Shown piece by piece: positions 15,433-24,753 of a stretch of 36,865 bases of DNA. The notes beneath the pieces were generated by a model that worked only from the letters and a program-made list of their open reading frames with translations, was not told the DNA's origin and did not search any database. The stretch comes from a virus (Duplodnaviria; Caudoviricetes): IMG/VR virus record IMGVR_UViG_3300044522_000791, positions 1 through 36,865 of that record; one strand, 5' to 3'. The first letter of the stretch is position 1. Each line of letters opens with the position of its first letter. A program made the position numbers and the translations under genes.

Positions 15433-17790
15433 TTGTCAGATAGTCCATTATACATAAGCGCAGGTAATAGTAGTGGTCAGTCAATGAAAGATTTTCAGCT
15501 GACTACAGACCTTGCATCCAAATCTGATATTCTATACGGTAAAAGAGTTGCTCAGAACATATATTCAACTATTTACGGTAATCAGTCATATTTTTGGATT
15601 AGAAATAATCGTTTTAGAAAAAATAGGCAAATTGCAAATGGAAAAATAGACATGAGTGTCTTTTTAGATCGTCTTGAATTAAATGGCAAGAATAATTATG
15701 TTAATATTAATTGGAAATCAATTATTATTGGTAATACAATTGTAGCAAGATTAGTTGGTTCTTGGATGAATAGAAAAGAAAAATTATCTGTTACAGCAGT
15801 AGATCCTACATCTGCTAAATTAAAAAAAGAAGCGGCAGATGAAGCCGAGTTTGTTTATGATAATAAAGAAATGTTATCTCAGTTGGAATTAGAATCTGGA
15901 GTTCCAATGATTCCTAAAGATCAATTTGTTGCAGAAGATAAAGATGATTTAGATAGATGGGTTTCTGAATTCAATCACTTACCGGAAGAAATAAAATACA
16001 GCATGGGCTGTAACAATGTTTTACAGGCTAATGGATGGGATGATATTTTAAAAGAAAGAATATTACACGATTCGGCAGAGGTCGGATTAGTTGCAACTTA
16101 TACTTGGATGGATGAAGAAGGTGAAATTCATGTTCAATGGCTTAGACCAGAGAATGTTATTTATTCTTATTCAGATTATCCTGATTTTAGAGATACAACA
16201 TACAGAGGACATATATCTTCAATAAAGATTAGCGAATTAAGAGCTAAATATGGTAAACAGGCTGGTGGTATTTTGACAGAAGAGGAGATTTTTAGAATTG
16301 CACAATTTTCGAAAGAATATCAATTGACTGATAAGATTAAATGGATGCAAGACTGGAATATTGCATATTTGCGTCCTTATGATGAATGGAATATTGATTT
16401 AATGAATTTTGAAATTAAAACATTAGATTCTGATGGATACACAGTTACAAAAACTAAAAAGAACGGAAGCACTATCATTAGAAAGGGCAAGCCAGAAAAA
16501 TTAGACGAGAATCAGGAATATTTAGAAGAAAAAAAATGGAATATATATAGAGGCGTTTATTGTCCAGTTACTCAAGATATGTTGAGTTGGGGAATAAAAA
16601 AGAATATGATTCGCCCTCAAGATCCAAAGGAATTAGGTAATGCAGAATTTTCTTACAGTTTTTATATGTATCAGAATTATGATATGCGTAACGTGGCTGT
16701 GCCTGAAAAAATTGAAGAACCTATTGAGCAAATGATTTTGGCGAGATTAAAGATTCAACAACTAGTTGCTAAAATGAAACCAGCTGGTGCTTCTATTAAT
16801 GTAGATGCATTACAAGAGCTAGATTTAGGACTAGGAGATACTACTAAGCCTATTGAAATACAAAAGATATGGGAACAAACAGGTAATTTATATTACAGAG
16901 GCAGAGATGCTGAAGGAAATCAAATACCTATTCCTATTAACGAATTACCTAATACAGGATTTGCACCTCAATTACAGGCTTTAATACAATTATATCAATT
17001 CCATTACCAAGTTTTAAAAGATGAATTAGGTGAAGATCCTAATTTAATGAGTCAAGCTGCAATGCCAAGAGTTGCTGCATCTAACATAGAAACATCAAGA
17101 ATATTGGCCAATAATGCAACAGACTACATGTATGAGGCTTATAAGTATGTAATGGAAGAAACTGGTAAGAAAATAGCTTGTTTATTAAATACAAGTGTTA
17201 CAAGAGGCGGTAAAAAATATAGAGATATTTTAAAAGAAGAAGAAGTAAAAGATAGAAATTTCGTAGCTAGAGTAGACATGCTTCCAGATGATTTAGAAGT
17301 AGCTAAATTAGAGGCTATGATGAATAATGCAATTACGGCCAATCCTCAAATGATTCTTTATATAGATCCATTTAAGATAACAAGAATGGCTAGAGAAAAT
17401 GTTCAATTAGCTGAATTGTATTTTAGACAGGCTCAGAAGAAATTTATAAAAGCAGAACAAGAAAAAGCCGCAACAAATAGTCAGCAAAATGCTGAAATAC
17501 AACAAGCTAGTATGCAAGCTAAAGCTCAGGGAGATAATGCATTATTAGATAAGCAGACTAATGCTAAACAAAAAGAAATCTTACTTCAGGGCGTGATAGA
17601 TTTAGTTAAAGCGAACATACCAATGCCTGCACAATTACAACCATTAATTAATGAGTTATTAGTAAATGTAGAAATACCATTGACTGCTCAAAATGATCAA
17701 ATGGAACAAGCGGCAGCTATGGTACAACAACAGCAACAACAACAAGAGCAACAAACACAAGGTCAGGAAATGGCCTTAGAACAACAATAA
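15433..17790 (+). CDS. portal protein
   Basis: 785 aa following terL; helical, with a Q-rich coiled-coil C-terminus typical of podovirus portals; TTG start uncertain. Confidence 0.8.
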   Translation: MSDSPLYISAGNSSGQSMKDFQLTTDLASKSDILYGKRVAQNIYSTIYGNQSYFWIRNNRFRKNRQIANGKIDMSVFLDRLELNGKNNYVNINWKSIIIGNTIVARLVGSWMNRKEKLSVTAVDPTSAKLKKEAADEAEFVYDNKEMLSQLELESGVPMIPKDQFVAEDKDDLDRWVSEFNHLPEEIKYSMGCNNVLQANGWDDILKERILHDSAEVGLVATYTWMDEEGEIHVQWLRPENVIYSYSDYPDFRDTTYRGHISSIKISELRAKYGKQAGGILTEEEIFRIAQFSKEYQLTDKIKWMQDWNIAYLRPYDEWNIDLMNFEIKTLDSDGYTVTKTKKNGSTIIRKGKPEKLDENQEYLEEKKWNIYRGVYCPVTQDMLSWGIKKNMIRPQDPKELGNAEFSYSFYMYQNYDMRNVAVPEKIEEPIEQMILARLKIQQLVAKMKPAGASINVDALQELDLGLGDTTKPIEIQKIWEQTGNLYYRGRDAEGNQIPIPINELPNTGFAPQLQALIQLYQFHYQVLKDELGEDPNLMSQAAMPRVAASNIETSRILANNATDYMYEAYKYVMEETGKKIACLLNTSVTRGGKKYRDILKEEEVKDRNFVARVDMLPDDLEVAKLEAMMNNAITANPQMILYIDPFKITRMARENVQLAELYFRQAQKKFIKAEQEKAATNSQQNAEIQQASMQAKAQGDNALLDKQTNAKQKEILLQGVIDLVKANIPMPAQLQPLINELLVNVEIPLTAQNDQMEQAAAMVQQQQQQQEQQTQGQEMALEQQ

Positions 17791-17813
17791 TAAACATTAT
17801 AAAATAATAAAAA

Positions 17814-18197
17814 ATGGCAACGGTAAGTAAACTTTTAATCAGACTGCAAAAATTTAGTTCAAAAATTAGCAAAGTTGTAGATGCAACTGCTTCTTTTAAT
17901 GCAAATGGCAATTTTTACCAAGATTTATCTGGTTGGGATTCTGCTGTTGTGCAATTTGTAAGTCCATCTAATGCAATTTCATTTAGTACTACAAATGATG
18001 ATGGGGCAATTACAGGGCAATTATTGCCAGCTCCAGAAGTTCCTCTTAACTGGGTATCTGTTTTAGGTATTAATTTAACAACAAAAACCGATGTAAGTTC
18101 TATATCAGCTAGTGGAATAGTTGAATTTGGAATTATTGGTAAATATTTGTTATTACAAGGAACCGCAATTGCAACTACAACAACAACAGCACCATAA
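17814..18197 (+). CDS. putative virion protein with short Thr tail
   Basis: Beta-rich 127 aa within the head module. Confidence 0.65.
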   Translation: MATVSKLLIRLQKFSSKISKVVDATASFNANGNFYQDLSGWDSAVVQFVSPSNAISFSTTNDDGAITGQLLPAPEVPLNWVSVLGINLTTKTDVSSISASGIVEFGIIGKYLLLQGTAIATTTTTAP

Positions 18198-18221
18198 TAT
18201 TAATATAAAAAATAACACAAA

Positions 18222-18653
18222 ATGGCAAATTCAGTAGCATATATCCTATCAAAAAATCTATACCCAGATGCTTTTCAAGCAAAATATATAGGTGTTGATC
18301 AAGGAACTCAAATTGTTTATGCAACAACTAGTACATTAACAACTGCAAATATTCTATATTTAGATAGTAGATTAACTCAACTTGTATTTGGTAATGGTTA
18401 CAAATGGCAGGGAATTCAATTATTAACAGATCCATCTGTAGAATATGCCGTTATGATTGATGGTTCTGGTAATATAGTATTAAATACAGGAACTACTACT
18501 ACTACGACAACTACTACTAGCACGACAACAACTACAGCTGCACCAACGACAACAACTACAGCTGCGCCAACTACTACAACAACAACAGTGGAGCCAACTA
18601 CTACAACAACAACAGTGGAGCCAACTACTACAACAACAACAGTAGCGCCTTAA
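18222..18653 (+). CDS. putative virion protein with long Thr-rich mucin-like tail
   Basis: C-terminal ~55 aa of poly-Thr punctuated by AAP/VEP. Confidence 0.7.
   Translation: MANSVAYILSKNLYPDAFQAKYIGVDQGTQIVYATTSTLTTANILYLDSRLTQLVFGNGYKWQGIQLLTDPSVEYAVMIDGSGNIVLNTGTTTTTTTTTSTTTTTAAPTTTTTAAPTTTTTTVEPTTTTTTVEPTTTTTTVAP
18567..18647 (+). repeat. 27-bp tandem repeat x3 (PTTTTTTVE)
   Basis: CCAACTACTACAACAACAACAGTGGAG twice exactly, third copy ends GTAGCG. Confidence 0.9.
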
Positions 18654-18680
18654 TGAAAATATAAACCAAAATAAGCATTT

Positions 18681-19838
18681 ATGCCAAATAGTAATCAATC
18701 AAGCTCAGTTACGCTTGCAGATGGATTCGATCCGTTTTCGGACGATGGACAACAATTGCCAACAGAATCAACACCTGTTGTAACACCAGATCCGGTTCCA
18801 GATCCAATAGTTCCACAAGGAACACCAGATCCGGTTCCAGATCCAGCACCTCAAAGTTTTGATTCAAATCAATTTTTAAAAGAAAAATTTGGATTTGATA
18901 GTTATGAGCAAGCTGAGCAAGAATTTAAAAGAGTAAAGGAATTTAAAGAACCTGAATTTGATTTTAAGGATGACACTAGTAAAACATTGTTTAACGCAAT
19001 CAAGGAAGGTAAAACAGAAGAGGTTTATGATATATTAAACCAACAAAAAAAACTTGAGAAATTAATTACAGGAGAAATTAATGCTAATTTAGCTGTAGAT
19101 ATTATCAAGACAAACATCGCAAACAAGTATAAAGACTTGAATGCAGATGAAGTAGATCTTTTATTTTATGAAAGTTATTATACGCCTGCAAAACCAGAGC
19201 AAGGGTATGATGAAACGGATGAGGATTATAGCCAAAAGGTTAAAACATGGGAATCTCAAGTAGAATATGCTCAGAAAAAAATGATCATTGATGCTAAGGT
19301 TTATAGACCAGAATTGGCTAAATTAAAAAGTGAATTAGTATTACCGGATATTTATAAAGAGGCCGAGAGAATGGCAGAGTACGAATCTCAATCTAAAGCA
19401 GATTTAGAGTACGAGCAGCAAGCTAGGTCTATTTATGAAAAAGCACTTAATTCTGATTTTAATTCATTTAGCGGGTTTAATGTATCGGTAAAAGACGCGG
19501 AAGTCGAAATACCTATATCATTTAACGTAGGCGAAGATGAAAGAGTATCAATGAAGAATGAATTGGATGATTTTGACACAGAATCTTATTTTAATGGAAG
19601 ATGGTTTACCGAGGATGGGAAGCCAAATATCCAGCAAATAATGGCAGATAAATATCTGTTAGAGAATCGTGATAAAATCTTACAAAAAGTGGCAAATGAA
19701 GCTGCATCTCAAAGATTGTTAGCTCATTTGAAAAAATCTGGAAATGTTAATTTAAACCCAATCACCCCACAAGGTACACCTACTCAAAATCCAAATGCGC
19801 AAATGGATTCATTAGCGGACTGGGCTTTTAGTAATTAA
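18681..19838 (+). CDS. putative capsid scaffolding/assembly protein
   Basis: Acidic and helical, with disordered Pro-rich N-terminus (25-bp repeat at 18782 and 18821), immediately before the capsid gene. Confidence 0.65.
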   Translation: MPNSNQSSSVTLADGFDPFSDDGQQLPTESTPVVTPDPVPDPIVPQGTPDPVPDPAPQSFDSNQFLKEKFGFDSYEQAEQEFKRVKEFKEPEFDFKDDTSKTLFNAIKEGKTEEVYDILNQQKKLEKLITGEINANLAVDIIKTNIANKYKDLNADEVDLLFYESYYTPAKPEQGYDETDEDYSQKVKTWESQVEYAQKKMIIDAKVYRPELAKLKSELVLPDIYKEAERMAEYESQSKADLEYEQQARSIYEKALNSDFNSFSGFNVSVKDAEVEIPISFNVGEDERVSMKNELDDFDTESYFNGRWFTEDGKPNIQQIMADKYLLENRDKILQKVANEAASQRLLAHLKKSGNVNLNPITPQGTPTQNPNAQMDSLADWAFSN

Positions 19839-19890
19839 CCTTAAATATTGCCCCTGGGGAAGGTATTATAAAAACAAAAAAACAAATATT

Positions 19891-21300
19891 ATGGCAGGAA
19901 TACCTACCTCTAATATTCTGCAACCGGGTGCAATTTCGCAACCGTCCCAGAACAGGCAACTTATGGTTGACCTACAATTATTAACTCCTCAGTATTACAA
20001 AAAGTATACAGAGAAGTACGGAAATGAAGATTTTACATGGTGGTTAGCCGCTCATAGTGGAATGGAAGAAGTAAAAAATCAGAATTTTTTCTGGTTTGAG
20101 AACAGAGGTAAATTAATGCCTGCTGTTACTAATGAATCTACAGTAGCTGCTGGCGTTGGTGCAACTGTTACCTTAACTTTAGGTGCAGAAGCTTATTACA
20201 ACAGTGGTACTGAAACTCCATTAAGAGTTAAAGAAACATTACGTGTCGCTTCATCTAACATTGAGGGTGTTATTTTGTCTATTGACGATACAACTCCTTA
20301 TGCTTGGACTTTTGAAGTAGCTCCTAAGATCGTAACTCAAAGGTTTGCTTCAGCTGGTGCAAATAGCTTATTAGCTGGTGAAGTTTTATTATTCGGTGGT
20401 GATGTGGATGCTGGTGAAGCTTCTACTGCTATCAATCCTTTAATCCATTTGGATCAAAGATATGATAACAACATTACTGAAATTCGTGATGGTTGGAGCA
20501 ATACCGATCTAGCTCAAATGGCTGATACTTATTATGAGTTCCCTGTTTCTGCCGATATGGCTGCTAATGGTGTTACTGCATTTACTTACAAAGGAATGTA
20601 CAAAACATTACAACGATTCAAGAATAACGTAGAGGCTAAGTTAATGCGTGGTAACAAGCAGAATAACACAGCTATCTCTAACTCAGTAGGAGCTCAAGGT
20701 ATTATCCCTAAGGCTTTAGCTGATGGAGAAACTGTAGGTTATACTCCAGGTACTTTAGATATCGCTAAATTACATGAGATCACTCGTATTATGGATGTTA
20801 ACGGTTGTGCTAAGCAATCTGCTTGGTTAACTGACATTTTCCAAAGACAAGATTTCAGTGATGGTATCTTTGCTGCTTACCCAGCTGGTGCTTTCGTTTA
20901 TGGATCTGGTGAAAAAACTAAAGAAGCTTCTGTTGCTTATGGTTTCCAAGAGATCTATATTGACGGTTATTTGTTATCTGTTAAGAAGTATCCTCAATTT
21001 AACTCTGAGGTTACAACTGGTTTAACTCCAAATGTTGATTACTTCCGTAATTTCGGATTAATCTATCCAATGGGTGAAACTAAAGATAGCAAAACTGCTC
21101 AAACATACAAGAACATCACAGTTATGTACCAAGAGCCGCCTAAAGGTGGAACAGTTGGTAACGGAATTCGTGTATGGCAGTATGGTGGTGGTTCTCCTAA
21201 TCCTACAGATGGTACAATGACTAATCAAATCGCGATGATCACTTACAGATCAACTCGTGTTTGTGCAGCAAACCAATTCATCGTAGTTCAAGGTGACTAG
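19891..21300 (+). CDS. major capsid protein
   Basis: 469 aa, codon usage typical of highly expressed genes, position after the scaffold and before a strong terminator. Confidence 0.82.
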   Translation: MAGIPTSNILQPGAISQPSQNRQLMVDLQLLTPQYYKKYTEKYGNEDFTWWLAAHSGMEEVKNQNFFWFENRGKLMPAVTNESTVAAGVGATVTLTLGAEAYYNSGTETPLRVKETLRVASSNIEGVILSIDDTTPYAWTFEVAPKIVTQRFASAGANSLLAGEVLLFGGDVDAGEASTAINPLIHLDQRYDNNITEIRDGWSNTDLAQMADTYYEFPVSADMAANGVTAFTYKGMYKTLQRFKNNVEAKLMRGNKQNNTAISNSVGAQGIIPKALADGETVGYTPGTLDIAKLHEITRIMDVNGCAKQSAWLTDIFQRQDFSDGIFAAYPAGAFVYGSGEKTKEASVAYGFQEIYIDGYLLSVKKYPQFNSEVTTGLTPNVDYFRNFGLIYPMGETKDSKTAQTYKNITVMYQEPPKGGTVGNGIRVWQYGGGSPNPTDGTMTNQIAMITYRSTRVCAANQFIVVQGD

Positions 21301-21322
21301 TTCTTAAATTAGTATTTTATCG

Positions 21323-21358
21323 GGTAGCGGCAATTTAATTATTGTCGCTACCTTTTTT
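21323..21358 (+). terminator. Rho-independent terminator after the capsid gene
   Basis: GGTAGCGGCAAT-ttaatt-ATTGTCGCTACC-TTTTTT. Confidence 0.85.
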
Positions 21359-21378
21359 AAACAATTAAAACCCATTTT

Positions 21379-22266
21379 ATGGCAAGTTTAAAGGCATCAG
21401 GACTATCTCATGTCCATCTTTCTCAACAAGGGGAAGAAATTAGAGAAATTAGACAACAAGAGGAATCAAACTCCGCTTCAGAACATTCGGTTCAATCCAC
21501 AGAGAAATTTCATATTTTTAAGTTATCGGATACTACCAAGAATGGTAAATATCACATGGAAGGCACTGATAACTACTGGGATGGCACTAAAATGAAGCCA
21601 ATTAGATTATTAAGGAATTTCCCTAGTATTCATATGGAGGATCAAAAAGGTCTTGAAAAGGCTTTTATTGAGTCTAATAGAAGGACACTTATATTTGATA
21701 AAAGAATTTTAAGAATTGCTGATTATGATACAACAGCCCTTGAATTCTTATCATTATGTAATGCAAACGTAGATAACCCTAACAAAAAAGGAACTAAGAA
21801 ATTAACCTTTTTCCAATGGAATCCACAAAGAGTTGCAGAAGTTGAAAGAGCTAAACGAGTTGCTAAAGTTGCTGCGATTAAATTTGCATCAATGTCTAGT
21901 GATGAAGATATGCGTAAACACGCAAATTATTTAGGAATTTTATTCAATGATGAATTGGGTATGCCTAAATCAAATGAAGCGTTAAGGAATGATTATGAGC
22001 TTTATGCAGAAGCGCAACCTAATAAGTTCATGCAAAGTGCCGGAAGCAAAGAAGTAGATGTCGCTTATGCCATTAAAAGAGCTATTTTAGACAATAAAAT
22101 AGACTTAGGTGTTAAGAAAGGTTCTGCTTATTGGTCTGGCGATGGTGGATTTATCTGTAAAATGCCTTCTAACGTAAAAGCACAAGCATATTTAATAGAA
22201 TTTGCTATGTTACCTCAAGATGAAAGTAAAGCTTTCCTTGAGCAATTGAAGAAGTTTAAATACTAA
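21379..22266 (+). CDS. hypothetical phage protein
   Basis: 295-aa ORF between two terminators. Confidence 0.8.
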   Translation: MASLKASGLSHVHLSQQGEEIREIRQQEESNSASEHSVQSTEKFHIFKLSDTTKNGKYHMEGTDNYWDGTKMKPIRLLRNFPSIHMEDQKGLEKAFIESNRRTLIFDKRILRIADYDTTALEFLSLCNANVDNPNKKGTKKLTFFQWNPQRVAEVERAKRVAKVAAIKFASMSSDEDMRKHANYLGILFNDELGMPKSNEALRNDYELYAEAQPNKFMQSAGSKEVDVAYAIKRAILDNKIDLGVKKGSAYWSGDGGFICKMPSNVKAQAYLIEFAMLPQDESKAFLEQLKKFKY

Positions 22267-22290
22267 ATCTTCCTCTAAAATAAAAGAAGT

Positions 22291-22319
22291 CCCGTAGCCT
22301 AAAAATTACGGGCTTTTTT
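22291..22319 (+). terminator. Rho-independent terminator
   Basis: CCCGTAG...TTACGGG followed by CTTTTTT. Confidence 0.75.
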
Positions 22320-22333
22320 GTTTTTGTTTTTCG

Positions 22334-22341
22334 TATATTTG
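22334..22341 (+). promoter_or_regulatory. -7 promoter element TATATTTG (context TTTCGTATATTTG recurs at 29169-29181)
   Basis: Directly after a terminator and upstream of the tail operon. Confidence 0.65.
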
Positions 22342-22361
22342 TTAAATATAACACAGAAGAT

Positions 22362-23066
22362 ATGAACATAAATGATATGTACCTTATTTGCCAATTTGCG
22401 ATAAATAAAGCGCAAAATGGGTACTTGAGTCCATCACAGTTCAATACGATTATTAATCAAGGTCAAACTTCGTATCAGACTTATTTACTAGGTGAATTTC
22501 AGCAATATCAATATGGTAGGGCTCAATCAAGAATTGGATATAGCCAAAATGAAAATATAAGACAGCGTTTAACTCCATTAATTACCGAATCAACTTTAGT
22601 AGTTAATGTTGCTACAGGAGAAGCTCCATATCCTGTTGATTATGTTCAGGCGGATGCGATGAGAACTTCTGCGTTTCAAAGAGTAAGATATGTTCAACAA
22701 GATAGTTTGTATTCTTATTATAATAGCACTATTGATCCAATAGCAACAAATCCAATATACTTAATTGAACCAACTGGGTTTCAGTTTTATCCAATTACAT
22801 TAGCTTCTCCAGTTTTGACATATATTAAAAATGCGCCTACGATGACATGGGCTTATACGTTGGATGCTAATAATAGAGCTGTTTATGCTCCTCCTGGGCA
22901 AGTACAACCTCCAGTTCAAGTTCCAGTTTCAGGTAGTGTAAATCCAGTGTGGGATGATGTGGATTTATTGGAGATTGTGGCTCGTGCGTTAAAATTAGTT
23001 GGATTAAACTTACAAATGGGGCAAATAGAGCAATATGCTAATCAAGTAACTCAACAAGGACAATAA
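22362..23066 (+). CDS. putative head-tail adaptor/tail ring protein
   Basis: Size, helix-beta-helix organisation and position typical of podovirus ring proteins. Confidence 0.6.
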   Translation: MNINDMYLICQFAINKAQNGYLSPSQFNTIINQGQTSYQTYLLGEFQQYQYGRAQSRIGYSQNENIRQRLTPLITESTLVVNVATGEAPYPVDYVQADAMRTSAFQRVRYVQQDSLYSYYNSTIDPIATNPIYLIEPTGFQFYPITLASPVLTYIKNAPTMTWAYTLDANNRAVYAPPGQVQPPVQVPVSGSVNPVWDDVDLLEIVARALKLVGLNLQMGQIEQYANQVTQQGQ

Positions 23067-23692
23067 TGACTAGAAATCAAACTATAGAATTAATATTAAG
23101 GCAAATATATAATGGCCAACCTAGTGACGATAGTAGTATTACTTTTAGTCAAGTAAATTTATGGCTTAATCAAGCTATCGGGATGGCTGCTAAAAAGAAT
23201 TATACAGATAGCATCCAATTAGATGGGATTGCTTATATTAATAATTCATTTTATACTTCATATGTTGGTTTGGCTATTGCACAATTTGATAATAATACAT
23301 TTCAACTATCATTGCCTCATATACCGTTTGCATTGGGTAAGGATGAGGGTGTATCTACGGTTCAATTTAAAAAAGATAATATACTTTCTTTTACTGCAAT
23401 ACCAATGTCAGTTAATCAGATTGCATACCAAGAAAATTTAAGACCTATTCAAAATAAAGTTCTTTATTGGCAAGAGAATACCAAAATTTATATTAAGACG
23501 GACATACCAATGACGCAATATACAGCTAGTGTAAGAATGGTAAGTGGAGGTGATAGTACAGATTTAAGCTCAGTATTGAATATGCCGGATGATTACATGC
23601 CGATTGTTATTGAATATATTAAGCAACAATTAGCTTTTGAAAGGTCAAGACCAATAGATACATCAAATGATGGAGTAGATAATAATAACTAA
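23066..23692 (+). CDS. putative tail ring/structural protein
   Basis: Coupled to the previous gene; C-terminal LNMPDDYMP.VI motif of ring-protein type. Confidence 0.6.
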   Translation: MTRNQTIELILRQIYNGQPSDDSSITFSQVNLWLNQAIGMAAKKNYTDSIQLDGIAYINNSFYTSYVGLAIAQFDNNTFQLSLPHIPFALGKDEGVSTVQFKKDNILSFTAIPMSVNQIAYQENLRPIQNKVLYWQENTKIYIKTDIPMTQYTASVRMVSGGDSTDLSSVLNMPDDYMPIVIEYIKQQLAFERSRPIDTSNDGVDNNN

Positions 23693-23697
23693 ACTAT

Positions 23698-23970
23698 ATG
23701 AAACCATTAAGAGATTTTGTTTTAATTAAGCCTATGATGGCAGAAAGTGTTACTGAATCAGGATTATTTATACCTGAATCAGCTCAAGAAAGAAGTGCAA
23801 AGGCTGAAATTGTTGAAGTTGGAAGAGGCACAAGTAAGATAAAAATGGAAGCAAAAAAAGGCGACATAGTATTTCATATAAAAGATGCAGGAGACGCTTA
23901 CATTATAAACGATATTGTTTATTATTTAATACGTCAAAACGATATATTAGCTTACGTTTCAAATAATTAA
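23698..23970 (+). CDS. groES: co-chaperonin GroES (cpn10)
   Basis: MKPLRDFVLIKP...TESGLFIP...AEIVEVGRG...KKGDIV...DILA. Confidence 0.92.
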   Translation: MKPLRDFVLIKPMMAESVTESGLFIPESAQERSAKAEIVEVGRGTSKIKMEAKKGDIVFHIKDAGDAYIINDIVYYLIRQNDILAYVSNN

Positions 23971-23972
23971 AA

Positions 23973-24746
23973 ATGGCATCACAAGAAAGAAATTATATAA
24001 CATTAGATTCTGTAATAAACGATTACATTGATTCAAGTGAACAAAGTATACATAAGTATACCAAATTATATAATATAGCATATAGAGGTATGGAAAAATT
24101 AGGTCTTGATTTTTTTTATAAAATCAAAACTGTAAAAATACCAATTGATACAACTAATTATACGGCAAATCTGCCAAATGATTATATTAGCTATTCAAAA
24201 ATTGGAGTTTTAAATTCAAATGGTGAAATTATACCTTTGAAATTTAATAATAAACTTACATTTTATGCTGACCAGCAACCAGATAGACTTGCTTTAACTC
24301 AAGATAATACTATTACACAATGGTATCAGCAAGGAGCTCCTATATTCTATAATTATTGGGATGGATATGGATTTAATAATATTTATGGTATTCCTAGCGG
24401 ATCACCTAATGTAGGTTCTTTTAGCATAGATGATTCTAATGGAGTTATTCTTTTAAATCAAAACTTCTATTATGATTACATTATGATAGAGTATCTAGCT
24501 AGTGCAAATCCGGAAGAAAAATACATGGTTCCTATTCAATTTAGAGAGGCTCTTATAGCTTGGTTAGCTTGGCAGGATATAATTAATATTCCTAGTACTA
24601 GAAAGGGTAACTTAGGGGACAAGAGGGATAGAAAAAATAACTATTATAATGAAAGAAGATTAGCTAATGCACAATTTAAGCCATTGTATATAATGGAGGC
24701 TTATGAGTGGAATTTAGAAAATCAAAGAATGACCGTAAAAGCTTAA
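23973..24746 (+). CDS. putative tail ring/tubular protein
   Basis: LPNDYISYSKIG and VPIQFREALIAW motifs; precedes the stabilisation protein. Confidence 0.6.
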   Translation: MASQERNYITLDSVINDYIDSSEQSIHKYTKLYNIAYRGMEKLGLDFFYKIKTVKIPIDTTNYTANLPNDYISYSKIGVLNSNGEIIPLKFNNKLTFYADQQPDRLALTQDNTITQWYQQGAPIFYNYWDGYGFNNIYGIPSGSPNVGSFSIDDSNGVILLNQNFYYDYIMIEYLASANPEEKYMVPIQFREALIAWLAWQDIINIPSTRKGNLGDKRDRKNNYYNERRLANAQFKPLYIMEAYEWNLENQRMTVKA

Positions 24747-24753
24747 AGACAAT

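Noticed and set aside
18480-18698. Cys-rich minus-strand ORF resembling a metallothionein
   Set aside because: It is simply the reverse complement of the ACN Thr repeats.
19891-21300. Stop-codon reassignment (as in some crAss-like phages), prompted by the tRNA-Gln
   Set aside because: The anticodon is TTG, not CTA; long genes are intact in code 11; TAG ends the capsid gene just before a terminator.
8957-23441. Same-strand alternative-frame ORFs 8957-9184, 13016-13219, 21410-21595, 23223-23441 as overprinted genes
   Set aside because: Composition expected of off-frame AT-rich codons and no recognisable motif, unlike 36190-36339.
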